From contig CAZOYD010000001.1 of assembly GCA_964583985.1 (NCBI GenBank), forward strand, positions 67,532 to 131,531: DNA of 64,000 nucleotides, written 5' to 3'. A model generated the notes under the pieces. That model was not told the origin of the DNA and made no database searches. It worked only from the letters and a program-made list of their open reading frames with translations. The translations under genes were made by a program, and so were the position numbers. Shown here piece after piece: positions 1-10,956 of the stretch. The stretch is from an uncultured archaeon. Lineage in GTDB: Archaea > Asgardarchaeota > Lokiarchaeia > Sigyniarchaeales > SOKP01. How positions within the stretch are numbered: the first letter of the stretch is position 1; every line of letters starts with the position of its first letter.

Positions 1-667
1 GTTCATTATGTATTTTTAGGTAGTTAACTTTACTTCTTTTCATTTTTTGTTTTATGTTTTCTTTTTCCTCTTCAGGCAAGGGGAAATCAGCATGAATAAA
101 AATTGGGATTCCATACTTAGATGAAATTCCAAAAATCTTTATTAAATTATCAGGATCATACCAATTGATATCACATAAAGGTGATAACGGGTAGATCTTG
201 AATCCAAATACACCTAAATCTAATATTTTTTTTATTTCCTCCTCATCAATATTTTTAGGTACACCAGAAATAAAGCCTACATTGTTAAAGATATTATCTC
301 GAGCTCTTTCCATCCATTTTTTAACTTGTTCTTCTGATATCGCAGGAGGTTGCGTGTTTGGCATATTCAAAACAGTTGTTATTCCAGAAAATAACGCTGC
401 TTTGGTTCCAGTTTGAAAAGTTTCTTTTTCCTGTTGTCCCATATCACGTAAATGGGTATGAATGTCAATTATACCAGGTAAAATAATTCTTTTCTCACAG
501 TCAATCTCGACTATTTTTTTATTTTCAGATCTAATATTTTCAAGGTTTTTTTCACCAGGTAGTTTAATAATTGACCGTATTTTGCCTGACTGGATAAATA
601 AAGTTCCATCTATTAATTTATTTCCAATAAATATTTTCGCATTCTTTAAAATCATTGGAAACGACAT
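1..667 (-). CDS. pyrC: Dihydroorotase / amidohydrolase, 3' end runs off the window
   Basis: Not in the ORF track. Manual minus-strand translation from ATG at 667 gives MSFPMILKNAKIF...ILPGIIDIHTHLRDMGQQEKETFQTGTKAALFSGITTVLNMPNTQPP, with the DxHxH and MPNT motifs of dihydroorotase; frame open to position 1. Confidence 0.85.
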   Translation of the reverse strand, partial: MSFPMILKNAKIFIGNKLIDGTLFIQSGKIRSIIKLPGEKNLENIRSENKKIVEIDCEKRIILPGIIDIHTHLRDMGQQEKETFQTGTKAALFSGITTVLNMPNTQPPAISEEQVKKWMERARDNIFNNVGFISGVPKNIDEEEIKKILDLGVFGFKIYPLSPLCDINWYDPDNLIKIFGISSKYGIPIFIHADFPLPEEEKENIKQKMKRSKVNYLKIHNE

Positions 668-672
668 TTATT

Positions 673-1299
673 TTATAATATTATTTGATCCAGTAAATAA
701 TTGATATATAATATTTTATTTTCTAAAGATTTTATTTCTGAAAAGTTTATTTGTATAATATTAGTCGAATGGTCGAATTTTTCAAAAAATTCTCTTTCAA
801 GTTTATGGCTGACATCATTTAAGGTAATGAAAAGATCTTGTGAGATGAAATTTTTATTTTTAAAATCATTTGGAAGATTTGTATCATTTGATTGGTTAAG
901 TAAGAAAATCCGCTTGATATTCATTTTCTCAATAAAATGAGTAATATTTAGTGGATTAACTAATTTAATCACATAAATTCCAGGAGTCGATTTCTCCCAT
1001 ATTTCATAATTTAAGTTATAGGTTTTTTCTAATGCCTTTAATAATAGTAATGCTTGAGATCTTTCATCGGATCCTAAAAATCTTAGTTCAGATCCTTCTA
1101 ATTTAATTAAAATATGATCTGAATGAAAATATAAAAATAAAGTGTTTTGCTTTCTTATTGCATAAGATAAACAAAAAAATTCTCGAATTCCAGAACACAA
1201 TTTGTATATATCAGGAGGAGTATTCCCTGAATCAATGTCTTTCTTGCTATATTTAGTATAACAATCATTTAAAATTAAGAATAATACCAAATTTATCAT
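673..1299 (-). CDS. TrmY-like SPOUT protein (tRNA m1-psi54 methyltransferase family), divergent C-terminus
   Basis: LCSGIREFFCLSYAIRK, LEGSELRFLGSDERSQALLLLKALEK and STPGIYV match TrmY signature segments; the knot region looks degenerate. Confidence 0.6.
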   Translation of the reverse strand: MINLVLFLILNDCYTKYSKKDIDSGNTPPDIYKLCSGIREFFCLSYAIRKQNTLFLYFHSDHILIKLEGSELRFLGSDERSQALLLLKALEKTYNLNYEIWEKSTPGIYVIKLVNPLNITHFIEKMNIKRIFLLNQSNDTNLPNDFKNKNFISQDLFITLNDVSHKLEREFFEKFDHSTNIIQINFSEIKSLENKILYINYLLDQIIL

Positions 1300-1314
1300 T
1301 TGCTCATTTTCATT

Positions 1315-2691
1315 TTAAAATTTAAAATCCTTTCCTAATTTGTTTAAAAAGGAGGGATCAATATTTCCTAAGCCAGGCATTCCTTTGCCTTTACCTTTTT
1401 TTTGCATTTGCAGGAATCTCTTCATAAATTTCTTCATTTGATTATATTGATCAAGCATTTTGTTTATAGCCGAGTAATCTGTACCACTTCCAATGGCGAT
1501 CCGTCTTTTTCTAGTTTTTTTAATTATTTTGGGGTCCTCCTTTTCTGCCGAAGTCATCGAATTAAGCACAACCTCCCATCGTTCCAGGTTTTTTTCTGCG
1601 TCTTCTTTAAGAACATCTGGAATATTACCTCCTCCCATCATAGTTAAAAGTTGTTTCATTTTTCCTACTTTCTTTATGCTTTTTAATTGATAATAAAGAT
1701 CCTCCAATGTGAACTTTCCACGCATCATCCGTTTTTGCATGTCCGGATCTATATCTACTTCAGCATCTTGTACCGCTTTTACCAATCCTTCTAAATCGGG
1801 TTTTCCTAATAATGATCCAACAAACTTCGTTGGGTGGAATTCTTCTAATTCATCGATTTTTTCTCCAACACCAATAAATCTTATTGATTGACCGGTAGCT
1901 GCACAAGCAGACAGAGCACCTCCACCCTTAGCGGATCCATCCAATTTAGTCACTATTATGCTTCCAATTTTAGTAGATTTGGAAAATTCTTCAGCTTGGC
2001 TGTAAGCTTGCTGTCCTAAAGTCCCATCAATAACTAAAATGACTTCATTTGGTTTTAAGGCGCTTTCTATTTGAGTCATTTCTTTCATCAGTTCTTTTTC
2101 TTCCTTGTGACGTCCGGCGGTGTCAACAAGAATTATATCATGTCCATCGTTAATAGCATTTTTAGTTTCTTTAACTGCGATTTTAATGGCATTTTTCTCT
2201 GCTGGATTTCCATAACTCTTAATTCCAACCTGATTAGACAATTGAACAAGCTGCTCATAAGCACCAGGTCGCCACGTATCTGTGGTGACAGAAGCAACTT
2301 TATATCCTTTACTTTTATAATATCGCGCTAATTTTCCAATCGTCGTCGTTTTTCCCGAACCTTGTATGCCAACGAATAGAATCACGTTATGCTTCCCAGA
2401 TTTTATTCGTATTGGGGCAATTTTTCCTCCGAGAACTTTGATGAGTTGATCGTGAACTAGTTTGATTATAAAATCTTTTCTTTGAACGCGTTTATGCAAC
2501 TCAGTATTCATCGCTTCTTTTCTTATGCTATTGGTCATTTCATAAACTAATTCTACCTTTACATCAGCTTGAAGTAAACTACGTTGCAATTCTTGTATGA
2601 GAGCGTTAATTGCTTCTTTATCTACACTAGGTAATCTCCTTAATTTCCTTAAAGCATTATCCAATGATCTACCAAGTTGCTCTAAAACCAT
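1315..2691 (-). CDS. srp54: Signal recognition particle protein SRP54
   Basis: [27 protein letters not shown] and Met-rich M domain ([10 protein letters not shown]...RRIAIGSGT). Confidence 0.97.
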   Translation of the reverse strand: MVLEQLGRSLDNALRKLRRLPSVDKEAINALIQELQRSLLQADVKVELVYEMTNSIRKEAMNTELHKRVQRKDFIIKLVHDQLIKVLGGKIAPIRIKSGKHNVILFVGIQGSGKTTTIGKLARYYKSKGYKVASVTTDTWRPGAYEQLVQLSNQVGIKSYGNPAEKNAIKIAVKETKNAINDGHDIILVDTAGRHKEEKELMKEMTQIESALKPNEVILVIDGTLGQQAYSQAEEFSKSTKIGSIIVTKLDGSAKGGGALSACAATGQSIRFIGVGEKIDELEEFHPTKFVGSLLGKPDLEGLVKAVQDAEVDIDPDMQKRMMRGKFTLEDLYYQLKSIKKVGKMKQLLTMMGGGNIPDVLKEDAEKNLERWEVVLNSMTSAEKEDPKIIKKTRKRRIAIGSGTDYSAINKMLDQYNQMKKFMKRFLQMQKKGKGKGMPGLGNIDPSFLNKLGKDFKF

Positions 2692-2914
2692 TATAGAATC
2701 GTTACTCGCGTTTTTTATACTTATATATTAAAATCCGTGATAATATTAAATCCTTATTTAATATTTACGATACCAAAACTAATTTAAAAAATTTAAAAAT
2801 TTATATAGATAATAATTTTTAAAAAACTTATTTTAGAATAAACATATTATAGAATATCAGAAAAAATAAATACAAATTTTAAAAATGATTGGAGAATAGG
2901 TGATTTAATAAAAA

Positions 2915-3343
2915 ATGTCAATTAAGAGAATTGAGATACAGAAACTCAAAACGGGTCAATATATCATGGTTGATGATGAACCTTGCATTATCAAAGGCAC
3001 AGAAAGAAGTAAATCGGGTAAACATGGACACGCAAAAGTTAGAGTCGTTTGCGTGGGAGTTTTTGATAATAACAAAAGGTCTCTTACTATTCCAAGCGGA
3101 CACATGTGTGACATACCAGAAATTATAAAAGATAATGCTCAGATCAATTTTATTGAAGATACATTGATCAATATTATGAATCTCGAAACTTATGAATCAG
3201 TGGATGTAGCATGGCCCAAGGATGAGGAGTCAATCACAAAATTAAAGGAATTACAAGCAAATCCAAAGAAACTGTCAAGCGCTCAAGTAGAATATTGGCA
3301 ACTTGCAGGGAAGTTATTGATTAATAGAGTTATCATAAATTAA
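2915..3343 (+). CDS. eif5a: Translation factor aIF5A (eIF5A)
   Basis: SKSGKHGHAK hypusination motif; AGGTGA RBS upstream. Confidence 0.95.
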   Translation: MSIKRIEIQKLKTGQYIMVDDEPCIIKGTERSKSGKHGHAKVRVVCVGVFDNNKRSLTIPSGHMCDIPEIIKDNAQINFIEDTLINIMNLETYESVDVAWPKDEESITKLKELQANPKKLSSAQVEYWQLAGKLLINRVIIN

Positions 3344-3428
3344 AGAAATTCAAGAATTTACTCTATTTTTATTAATTCATTCAGATTTTGTTATTTGAGT
3401 TTCATAATCCGATTATATCTTGAGGTAA

Positions 3429-4361
3429 ATGGAGAAAAAAGCTATTGGTTTGGCATGTAGGATGGATTCGGAAAGCGCAATCAAATTAACTAAGAGAATT
3501 TTTGAATTCTTGATTAAAAAAGGTGAACTAGTTCATTTAGAAACTAGAATAGCGCCAAAAATTTTACCTCAATATGGCATGGATCTTAAAGAGATGACAG
3601 CAGAGAATACAAAGTTTATAATTTCTGCGGGAGGTGATGGTACAGTGTTAAGAGTGGCGAATGGATTGTCTCAACGAAATCCTCCTCCAATTTTGGGAGT
3701 AAATATTGGATCTATCGGCTTTTTAGATGAAACTAATCAACGAACTGTGTTTAATGATTTAACTAAAATATTGAATGGTGATTTTATTGTTGAAACTTGC
3801 TCCAAAATAGCTGCATACATCCTCAAAGAGTCTGATGAGATAAAACTTAATAATGCTTTAAATGAGATCTTAATTATTTCCTCTAAAAGTTCTAAAGTAC
3901 TCTTGATCTCGGTAAAAATTAATGGTACTTACTTAAATAGAAGTTATTTGGACGGTGTTATAATTTCGACCGCTGTGGGTTCGACAGCTTATAATTTAAG
4001 CGCAGGTGGAGCAATTGTTGATCCTTCAGTCGATATAATGGAATTAACTCCTCTCAATAGTTTTGCTAGGTCTGGTCTTAAACCCATTATCCTTCCTATT
4101 GACTGTGAAATCGAAATCAAGTTACTAAGACCTCGGTTAAACGCAAAAATTGTTATTGATGGACAGAGAACGTTTAAAAAAATACAACCTAATACAGTTA
4201 TTAAAATTCGCAAGTCTAATGCTCAATCGAAATTTATTCGGTTATCGAGCGATCTAAGCACTAATTATATAACCCGATTAAGAAAAAAAATAATAGGTAC
4301 AATAAGAGTTCCTCTTGATGATAGCCCCGAATCGGAAGAAGAGTTTAATTCTAATTTTTGA
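3429..4361 (+). CDS. nadK: NAD(+) kinase
   Basis: GGDGT, ALNE, DGVIISTAVGSTAYNLSAGG motifs. Confidence 0.93.
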   Translation: MEKKAIGLACRMDSESAIKLTKRIFEFLIKKGELVHLETRIAPKILPQYGMDLKEMTAENTKFIISAGGDGTVLRVANGLSQRNPPPILGVNIGSIGFLDETNQRTVFNDLTKILNGDFIVETCSKIAAYILKESDEIKLNNALNEILIISSKSSKVLLISVKINGTYLNRSYLDGVIISTAVGSTAYNLSAGGAIVDPSVDIMELTPLNSFARSGLKPIILPIDCEIEIKLLRPRLNAKIVIDGQRTFKKIQPNTVIKIRKSNAQSKFIRLSSDLSTNYITRLRKKIIGTIRVPLDDSPESEEEFNSNF

Positions 4362-4878
4362 TACCAATATATTTCTCACTGGTATTGATATTAACTTGTT
4401 TCCAAATAAGATTTATACAACACCAGAAATTATAGATGAAATAGAGGTTGAAAGATATGAATCTCGTAATAGGAATATTATTAATAGAATAAAGGCTGCA
4501 ATCGAGAGTAAGATGCTCATTATTAAAAACCCTTCTGAGAAATATGTTAACCAAACGAAAGCTACAGCTCGGATTACGGGAGACATAAAAGCATTATCTG
4601 ATCAAGATTATAGTATCATAGCATTAGCCTTAGATTTAATGAATTCTCAACATTATGATATAGAACTGTTCACAAATGATTATTCAATTCAGAATGTATG
4701 TTTTGAGTTGAATATAACAGTGAGATCCTTATATAAAAGTGGTATTGAACACCAGATAAAATTTGAAGTATTTTGTCCTCATTGTCAAACTATACATAAT
4801 TGTGATAAATTAAATGATTTTTGTGAAATGTGTGGTTCCCGGCTCAAACGGAGACCTAAAATAGATTATAAAAATTAA
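4315..4878 (+). CDS. nob1: Nob1-like PIN endonuclease with Zn ribbon
   Basis: IFDTN, LSDQDYSIIALA, TNDYSIQNV, CPHC...CEMCG. Confidence 0.88.
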   Translation: MMIAPNRKKSLILIFDTNIFLTGIDINLFPNKIYTTPEIIDEIEVERYESRNRNIINRIKAAIESKMLIIKNPSEKYVNQTKATARITGDIKALSDQDYSIIALALDLMNSQHYDIELFTNDYSIQNVCFELNITVRSLYKSGIEHQIKFEVFCPHCQTIHNCDKLNDFCEMCGSRLKRRPKIDYKN

Positions 4879-4939
4879 ATGGTGGAAATTATAAATAAAA
4901 GTGTCTACTTATATATTGAAATAATGAGAAGATGATTAA

Positions 4940-5989
4940 ATGGGAATTAAAATAAATGAATTAGTAAAGGATGTACGGAAGACTATCTCTTTTGAAAACC
5001 TTTTAAATAAAAAAATCGCGATCGATGCATTTAACGCTATTTACCAATTTTTAGCGATAATTCGTCAAGGAGATGGTACTTTACTTATGGATTTAGAAGG
5101 AAACGTAACTTCTCATTTATCCGGATTATTTTATCGCAACATTAAGTTTTTAGAATATAATATTAAACCTATATACGTATTTGACGGGAAACCTCCTGAA
5201 TTGAAACTTGAAACAATTATCGAGAGGCGAAAGGTTAAAGCAGAAGCTAAAGAAAAAATGATAAAAGCCCAAGAAGAAGAGGATTTTCAAGAAGCAAAAA
5301 AACAAGCGCAAAGAACTTCCAAATTAGATGAAAATATGATTGAGGAAAGCAAATCATTATTGAATTATATGGGCATTCCTGTTATAGATGCTGCTTCAGA
5401 AGGGGAAGCACAATCTGCTTATTTAGTTAATAAAGGTGAAGCTTGGGCTAGTGCTTCTCAAGACTATGATACTTTATTATTTGGATGCGAACGTTTTCTA
5501 AGAAATTTTAGTGTAAGTCGTAGTAAAAAAGTAAAGGATACGACTGTTTCATTAGATATCGAATATATTTCTCTTTCTAAATTATTACTTAACTTGGGAA
5601 TTTCCCGTGAACAACTTATAGATATGGGAATCCTTATTGGGACGGATTTTTTTCCAGGAATTAAAGGAATTGGACAACATAAAGCATTGGAATTGATCAA
5701 AAAACATGATTCGTTGGAAAATATGCTGGAGAATAATATAGAAATTTCTGGAAACCCATTAATGCTTGATATGGAATTAGTTCAACATGTTAAAGATATT
5801 TTTCTGAACCCGAGTGTTAATTCTAATTATTCAAAAATAGAATGGAAAAAAGTCGATTATGATAAATTAGAGGAGTTGTTGGTAGAAAAACACAATTTTT
5901 CTAAAAATAGAATTGACAGTGCACTTAAAAAACTAAAGGATATAGATTCAGCTAAAAAGCAAATATCTTTGGATAGTTTTTTCAAATAA
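4940..5989 (+). CDS. fen: Flap endonuclease 1
   Basis: MGI start, IDAFNAIYQFL, SEGEAQ, SQDYDTLLFG, GTDF..GIKGIG, C-terminal PIP box QISLDSFF. Confidence 0.96.
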   Translation: MGIKINELVKDVRKTISFENLLNKKIAIDAFNAIYQFLAIIRQGDGTLLMDLEGNVTSHLSGLFYRNIKFLEYNIKPIYVFDGKPPELKLETIIERRKVKAEAKEKMIKAQEEEDFQEAKKQAQRTSKLDENMIEESKSLLNYMGIPVIDAASEGEAQSAYLVNKGEAWASASQDYDTLLFGCERFLRNFSVSRSKKVKDTTVSLDIEYISLSKLLLNLGISREQLIDMGILIGTDFFPGIKGIGQHKALELIKKHDSLENMLENNIEISGNPLMLDMELVQHVKDIFLNPSVNSNYSKIEWKKVDYDKLEELLVEKHNFSKNRIDSALKKLKDIDSAKKQISLDSFFK

Positions 5990-6072
5990 AAAAGAAAAAT
6001 ATGATGAAATGGAAAAATTTTTACAAATTCATTAATTATTAAAACATACTCTTAAAAAAGATTCGATCAAAG

Positions 6073-8304
6073 ATGTCAGCAAAAGACAATCAAAATGGGA
6101 AGGATGAAAAAGGATTGCAAAAATTAACATTGAGAGTTCAAAAAGCAAAGAAAAGAGATATTGGGAGGAATATAATAAGAATTGATACCCATACCATGGA
6201 GAAATTATTGATTAAGACTGGTGATGTTATTTCATTATTTGGTAAAAAGGAAAGTGCTGGTATAGCTTGGCCTAGCTATCCTCAAGATAGCGGTTTAGGG
6301 ATAATTAGAATTGATTCCAGACTCCGAAAAAATACAGGCACGAGTATTGATGATACTATTGAAATCCGAAAAGTTAAAGCATTACCTGCCCAGAATATTG
6401 TATTAGCTCCCTCTAATGTAAAGATTAGAACAAATCCTCGTTTTGAAAATTTCCTAAAAAAGCGTTTAAATAATTATCCTATAACTATCGATGATTTTAT
6501 ATACATATCGATAGGAATAAGCAGAGAAATTGCGTTTAAAGTGATAAGCATGAGACCGAATGGAGTATGTTTGATAAAACCCGAAACGCAATTGCATATC
6601 AGTGAAGTTGTCACAGAAGATGAAGAGCGAGGATCTGAATACCTTACTTACGAAGATGTGGGTGGTTTAGATAGAGAAATTGAACGAGTTAGAGAGATGG
6701 TTGAATTACCTCTCAGACATCCTTCGTTATTTAAAAGATTGGGTATTGATCCTCCAAAGGGTGTTTTATTAAGAGGTCCCCCGGGTTGTGGCAAAACTTT
6801 ATTAGCTAGAGCAGTAGCGAATGAAAGTGAGGCTCATTTTATATCTATAAACGGTCCTGAAATAATGAGCAAATTTTATGGCGAATCCGAAAAAAAGTTG
6901 CGTAAGCTTTTTGAAGAAGCTGAAGAAAAAAGTCCTTCAATTATATTTATTGATGAAATTGATGCTATAGCTCCCAAAAGAGAAACCGTCACAGGAGAAG
7001 TCGAACGCAGAGTTGTTGCTCAGTTGCTTGCGTTAATGGATGGACTTCATGGAAGGGGAAAAGTTATTGTAATTGGTGCTACAAATAGACCTAATAGCTT
7101 AGATTCTGCTCTAAGGCGACCCGGAAGATTTGATCGTGAGATTGAAATTAAGGTACCTAATGAAAAAGGGAGGCTGGAAGTTTTTATGATACATACTAGA
7201 AATATGCCTTTAGAAAAGAAAATTCAACTAAAGGAATTTGCTAATATTACTCATGGTTTTGTAGGCGCAGATATTTCAGCTGTATGTAGAGAAGCAGCAA
7301 TGTCATCTTTGAGAAGGTATTTGCCTCAAATAAATTTAGAGTCTGAAGTTATCGATCCCGAATTATTAGAGCAAATAAGCGTTACACAAGAAGATTTTGA
7401 AAATGCGATGAAAGAAGTCTTACCATCAGGGATCCGAGAAGTTTTTGTAGAAGTGCCAAATGTAAAGTGGGACCAAATTGGTGGATTAGAAGATTTAAAA
7501 CAAAAATTAATAGAATCTGTAGATTGGCCTTTATCTCATCCTAATATATTCATCAGGATGGGAATTAATCCTCCAAAGGGAATATTACTTTATGGTCCAC
7601 CTGGATGTGGAAAGACACTGCTAGCGAGAGCAGTTGCTAATGAAAGTAAAGCTAATTTCATATCTGTAAAGGGTCCAGAACTTTTGTCAAAATTCGTTGG
7701 AGAAAGTGAAAAAGCAATTCGAGAAGTATTTCGAAAGGCAAAATTAGCAGCGCCTTGTATTATTTTCTTTGATGAGTTTGACTCTATCGCACCAAGCAGG
7801 GGTAGACACACTTCAGATTCAGGAGTAACAGAAAAAGTATTATCTCAATTTTTAACCGAATTGGACGGATTAGAAATTAAAAAAGACATTTTAGTGATTG
7901 CTGCTACAAATCGTCCAGACATTTTAGATCCTGCCTTGATTAGACCTGGAAGGATAGATCGAATCTTATTGGTTCCACCTCCTGATGAAGCGGGGATTGA
8001 AGCAATCTTAAAAATATTTACTCAAAAAATGCCCCTTGCAAATGATGTTACAATTAAAAAGATAAATGATAGACTTAAGGGATTTTCTGGAGCAGATATT
8101 GAAACCTTGTGTCGAGAAGCTGCAATGATTGCACTAAGGGAAAATATGCGGGCTAGAAAAGTTACTTTAGAGCATTTTAAAAAGGCTAGAGAAATAACTA
8201 ATCCAAGTATTTCAGCAGAAATGATCAAGTGGTATGCTCAATTTGGAGAAAAACTCAAAAGTCGAATAATTGAACAATCAAAAGAAGACAGGTTGTTTGT
8301 ATAA
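6073..8304 (+). CDS. cdc48: CDC48/VCP-like AAA+ ATPase
   Basis: N domain plus two AAA modules (GPPGCGKT twice, DEID/DEFD, RPGRFDR/RPGRIDR). Confidence 0.96.
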   Translation: MSAKDNQNGKDEKGLQKLTLRVQKAKKRDIGRNIIRIDTHTMEKLLIKTGDVISLFGKKESAGIAWPSYPQDSGLGIIRIDSRLRKNTGTSIDDTIEIRKVKALPAQNIVLAPSNVKIRTNPRFENFLKKRLNNYPITIDDFIYISIGISREIAFKVISMRPNGVCLIKPETQLHISEVVTEDEERGSEYLTYEDVGGLDREIERVREMVELPLRHPSLFKRLGIDPPKGVLLRGPPGCGKTLLARAVANESEAHFISINGPEIMSKFYGESEKKLRKLFEEAEEKSPSIIFIDEIDAIAPKRETVTGEVERRVVAQLLALMDGLHGRGKVIVIGATNRPNSLDSALRRPGRFDREIEIKVPNEKGRLEVFMIHTRNMPLEKKIQLKEFANITHGFVGADISAVCREAAMSSLRRYLPQINLESEVIDPELLEQISVTQEDFENAMKEVLPSGIREVFVEVPNVKWDQIGGLEDLKQKLIESVDWPLSHPNIFIRMGINPPKGILLYGPPGCGKTLLARAVANESKANFISVKGPELLSKFVGESEKAIREVFRKAKLAAPCIIFFDEFDSIAPSRGRHTSDSGVTEKVLSQFLTELDGLEIKKDILVIAATNRPDILDPALIRPGRIDRILLVPPPDEAGIEAILKIFTQKMPLANDVTIKKINDRLKGFSGADIETLCREAAMIALRENMRARKVTLEHFKKAREITNPSISAEMIKWYAQFGEKLKSRIIEQSKEDRLFV

Positions 8305-8381
8305 TATTCACAAACTTAATTTAAAATCCAATATTTATTTCCATGCATTCTAATTCTATTTAAAATAAAAGGTGTTATAAT

Positions 8382-8654
8382 ATCGAATCAAATCGCTGGA
8401 ATCAAAAGCCCATCGTTAACTCTCTCATTGAGATCTTAATAGAGAATAGAGGTGAAATCCTTGATAAACGCTTGGAAGAACTTTTAAAAAAGGAGTTCCC
8501 TTTTGTCAATAGTTTGTTACTTGAAGAATTATTTATGAAACTCGAGAGTAGAAATATTATAAATCTATTTAGAGTTTCAAAGAACAAGAATATGATAGTT
8601 CTTAATAAGACGAATCAAGAGATTAGAGAAGAAGTGATGGAAAAGTTAAAGTAA
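8382..8654 (+). CDS. Small winged-helix protein downstream of cdc48, start uncertain
   Basis: The ORF-track call at 8472 is open upstream to TAA 8361; the extension (WNQKPIVNSLIEILIENRGEILDKR) completes a wHTH pattern ending LFMKLESRNII. AGGTGT precedes ATC at 8382. Confidence 0.5.
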   Translation: MESNRWNQKPIVNSLIEILIENRGEILDKRLEELLKKEFPFVNSLLLEELFMKLESRNIINLFRVSKNKNMIVLNKTNQEIREEVMEKLK

Positions 8655-10172
8655 TTGTTTATCATTCCATTTTAAACATACTTGAGATAGTGTATTGTCT
8701 TCGACTTTAGACTTATATTTCCTTGCTCTAATTTCAATAAAAATTGGATAATTTACCGCATTACCCATAAGTAATGTTTCACCCACACCCAAACTTGAAA
8801 TCATATCTACATATTCCTTTGTTATGGCTTCAGAACTATCCATAAGGTGTTTTAAATCATAGGGATTTTTGATGTTTAGAACCATTTTCGAATTCATTTG
8901 AGAAAGAGCTGTACTGCTTAATTTTTTAGGTCTTTGGCTGATCAAACACAAACAAGCCATAAATTTTCGACCCTCTCGTGCTATAGTTTCAATTATTGAT
9001 TTTGAAATTGCTTTAGATTGAGCTGCTTCAGGACAGAATTGGTGAGCTTCTTCAATTATGAGAAGAAAAGGAGGGAATTCATCCATCCGACGCATATGGA
9101 AGAGTTGATTACACAAATAATCCACTAAAATTTGTTTTTTTCGGATAGAAATCTCATTCTGAAAATTAAAAATTGTTAATTCTCCTGGTTTAATAGAATT
9201 TTTTAATATAGGATTTTCTTGATCGCCAAATACATTTAATCTTTCTAATTCTGTTAACCACCCGATTAATGCTTGTCGAGTAATTTTATTCCCTTCATTC
9301 TCTTCATCAATAAGGGTAATTATATCTTTTAAAGTGTATTTATCCTTTTTTGATTTATCTTGTTTTAATTTTTTAATAAATTTAGCGAGTTCTCTAACTT
9401 GGACACTAGTAATTTGTGTTTGATATTTTCGAAAATTATAAGCATTCATCTGGGGAATTGAAATTTGGAGATATAAACCATCGAATACTTTAATCTTATC
9501 TTGAAGGTCTGGAATTGATTTGAGGTAAGTATATTCTCCATGCACATCTATAATAACTATTGCCGGTGTACCTTTAGAATTTGGACGCGAGAGTAATTCT
9601 TCCAAGATGATTGAAGTTAAATAACTTTTTCCTCCTCCTGAAATCGAAAGAATCGAAAAATGTTTATTGAGCAACCTGTTCATATTGATTTTTGCTTCAA
9701 TATTTGCAATTTTTAAATTTCCAAGATTTAAGCCATCTTCATAATCAAATCCTATGAATTTTTTAAGTATTTTTGCTTCAACCAAGAAGACGTTCTTTCC
9801 AGGGCTTGCAGGATAAGTCATTCTTTGAATTGATTTTATCTTCTTCTTATCTTCATCATCAAATTTGATAATTCCTAAATTTTTAACTATGGCAATGGCA
9901 TATTCAAATTCATCACTTGGAAACAATCCTTTAAGTATATTAGGATTGCTACTATTATTATATGCCTTTATCGTGAGCGCATCTGAGAAATATTCATTTA
10001 ATAGAATTATTTTTTCAACCATTCCGATTAAGAATCCTTCAATTGACTCAGTGTATACGAACTGTCCTTTTTTAACCATCATTTCATTACTTAATTTATC
10101 AATTACAAATGAAAATTGATGTACGTCTGGTAATTGAAGAAAATTAAATACTGTACCCACTCTAACGCTCAT
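8646..10172 (-). CDS. HerA/FtsK-family ATPase (DUF87, N-terminal HAS barrel)
   Basis: KHFSILSISGGGKS Walker A, IIDVHGEY, IIEEAHQFCP, IAREGRKF, ISQRP. Confidence 0.85.
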   Translation of the reverse strand: MSVRVGTVFNFLQLPDVHQFSFVIDKLSNEMMVKKGQFVYTESIEGFLIGMVEKIILLNEYFSDALTIKAYNNSSNPNILKGLFPSDEFEYAIAIVKNLGIIKFDDEDKKKIKSIQRMTYPASPGKNVFLVEAKILKKFIGFDYEDGLNLGNLKIANIEAKINMNRLLNKHFSILSISGGGKSYLTSIILEELLSRPNSKGTPAIVIIDVHGEYTYLKSIPDLQDKIKVFDGLYLQISIPQMNAYNFRKYQTQITSVQVRELAKFIKKLKQDKSKKDKYTLKDIITLIDEENEGNKITRQALIGWLTELERLNVFGDQENPILKNSIKPGELTIFNFQNEISIRKKQILVDYLCNQLFHMRRMDEFPPFLLIIEEAHQFCPEAAQSKAISKSIIETIAREGRKFMACLCLISQRPKKLSSTALSQMNSKMVLNIKNPYDLKHLMDSSEAITKEYVDMISSLGVGETLLMGNAVNYPIFIEIRARKYKSKVEDNTLSQVCLKWNDKQLL

Positions 10173-10255
10173 TGAGTTAAAAAAGGATATACTTGAAATA
10201 AAAATAAAATAACTGAATTAATTTTCTAATTTTAGAAAGAGAGAAGAAAAAAGGG

Positions 10256-10852
10256 TTATTCTTTTTCTAAAATTCCTATAATTTTCATTATGGCATAATT
10301 GCCATTTTTCCAGAAAAATATCAAAAATAATGTCAATCCTACTATTGCAAACAAGGCTAAACTTCCAAATAATACCCAATTCCCAGCAGAAAATTCGCTA
10401 AATAAGCCTTTTAATGGTGAAGTATCTGATCCCCCGAAGATATCTTGTGTAACAGCGATTATAATACCAACTATAATTGCCATAATGCTAAGTAATAATC
10501 CACCTGCTGCAATTTTAACATCAAGACGATTTTTATACCTCTCTTCTAATTCTCTTTCTTTAAAAAGGAATTTTAGTACTCCTTTAGCTCCTTTTTTAAA
10601 CAACCCAAAGAAGAAAATCAAAAGTAAAAATAAGGCGGCTAAAAATCCAGCAACAATCGTAATTTGGTATCCTAAATTTAAAGCAAGGAATATATCAAAT
10701 TTCCCTAAAGGCATAATAAAATCTAAAATCGACCAAACAACCCCAACAACTATTCCTATGCATGATATCATCATAAAAATGTAAAATAATTCACCTACAG
10801 CTTTTTGATTTGAAGTATATTCTATTTCTTTAAGATTCTCCATAAAATTCAC
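10256..10852 (-). CDS. Hypothetical four-TM membrane protein with internal duplication
   Basis: Four hydrophobic segments in two similar halves ending FFGLFKKG and IFFWKNG. Confidence 0.65.
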   Translation of the reverse strand: MNFMENLKEIEYTSNQKAVGELFYIFMMISCIGIVVGVVWSILDFIMPLGKFDIFLALNLGYQITIVAGFLAALFLLLIFFFGLFKKGAKGVLKFLFKERELEERYKNRLDVKIAAGGLLLSIMAIIVGIIIAVTQDIFGGSDTSPLKGLFSEFSAGNWVLFGSLALFAIVGLTLFLIFFWKNGNYAIMKIIGILEKE

Positions 10853-10956
10853 TTGATTGGTTATAATTAAAGAATGAATAACAATCTAACTATATAAAAT
10901 TGTTCATAAAAGCAGAATCAAGTAAATAGAGAAGAAAAAAGAGAATATTTCAGATC

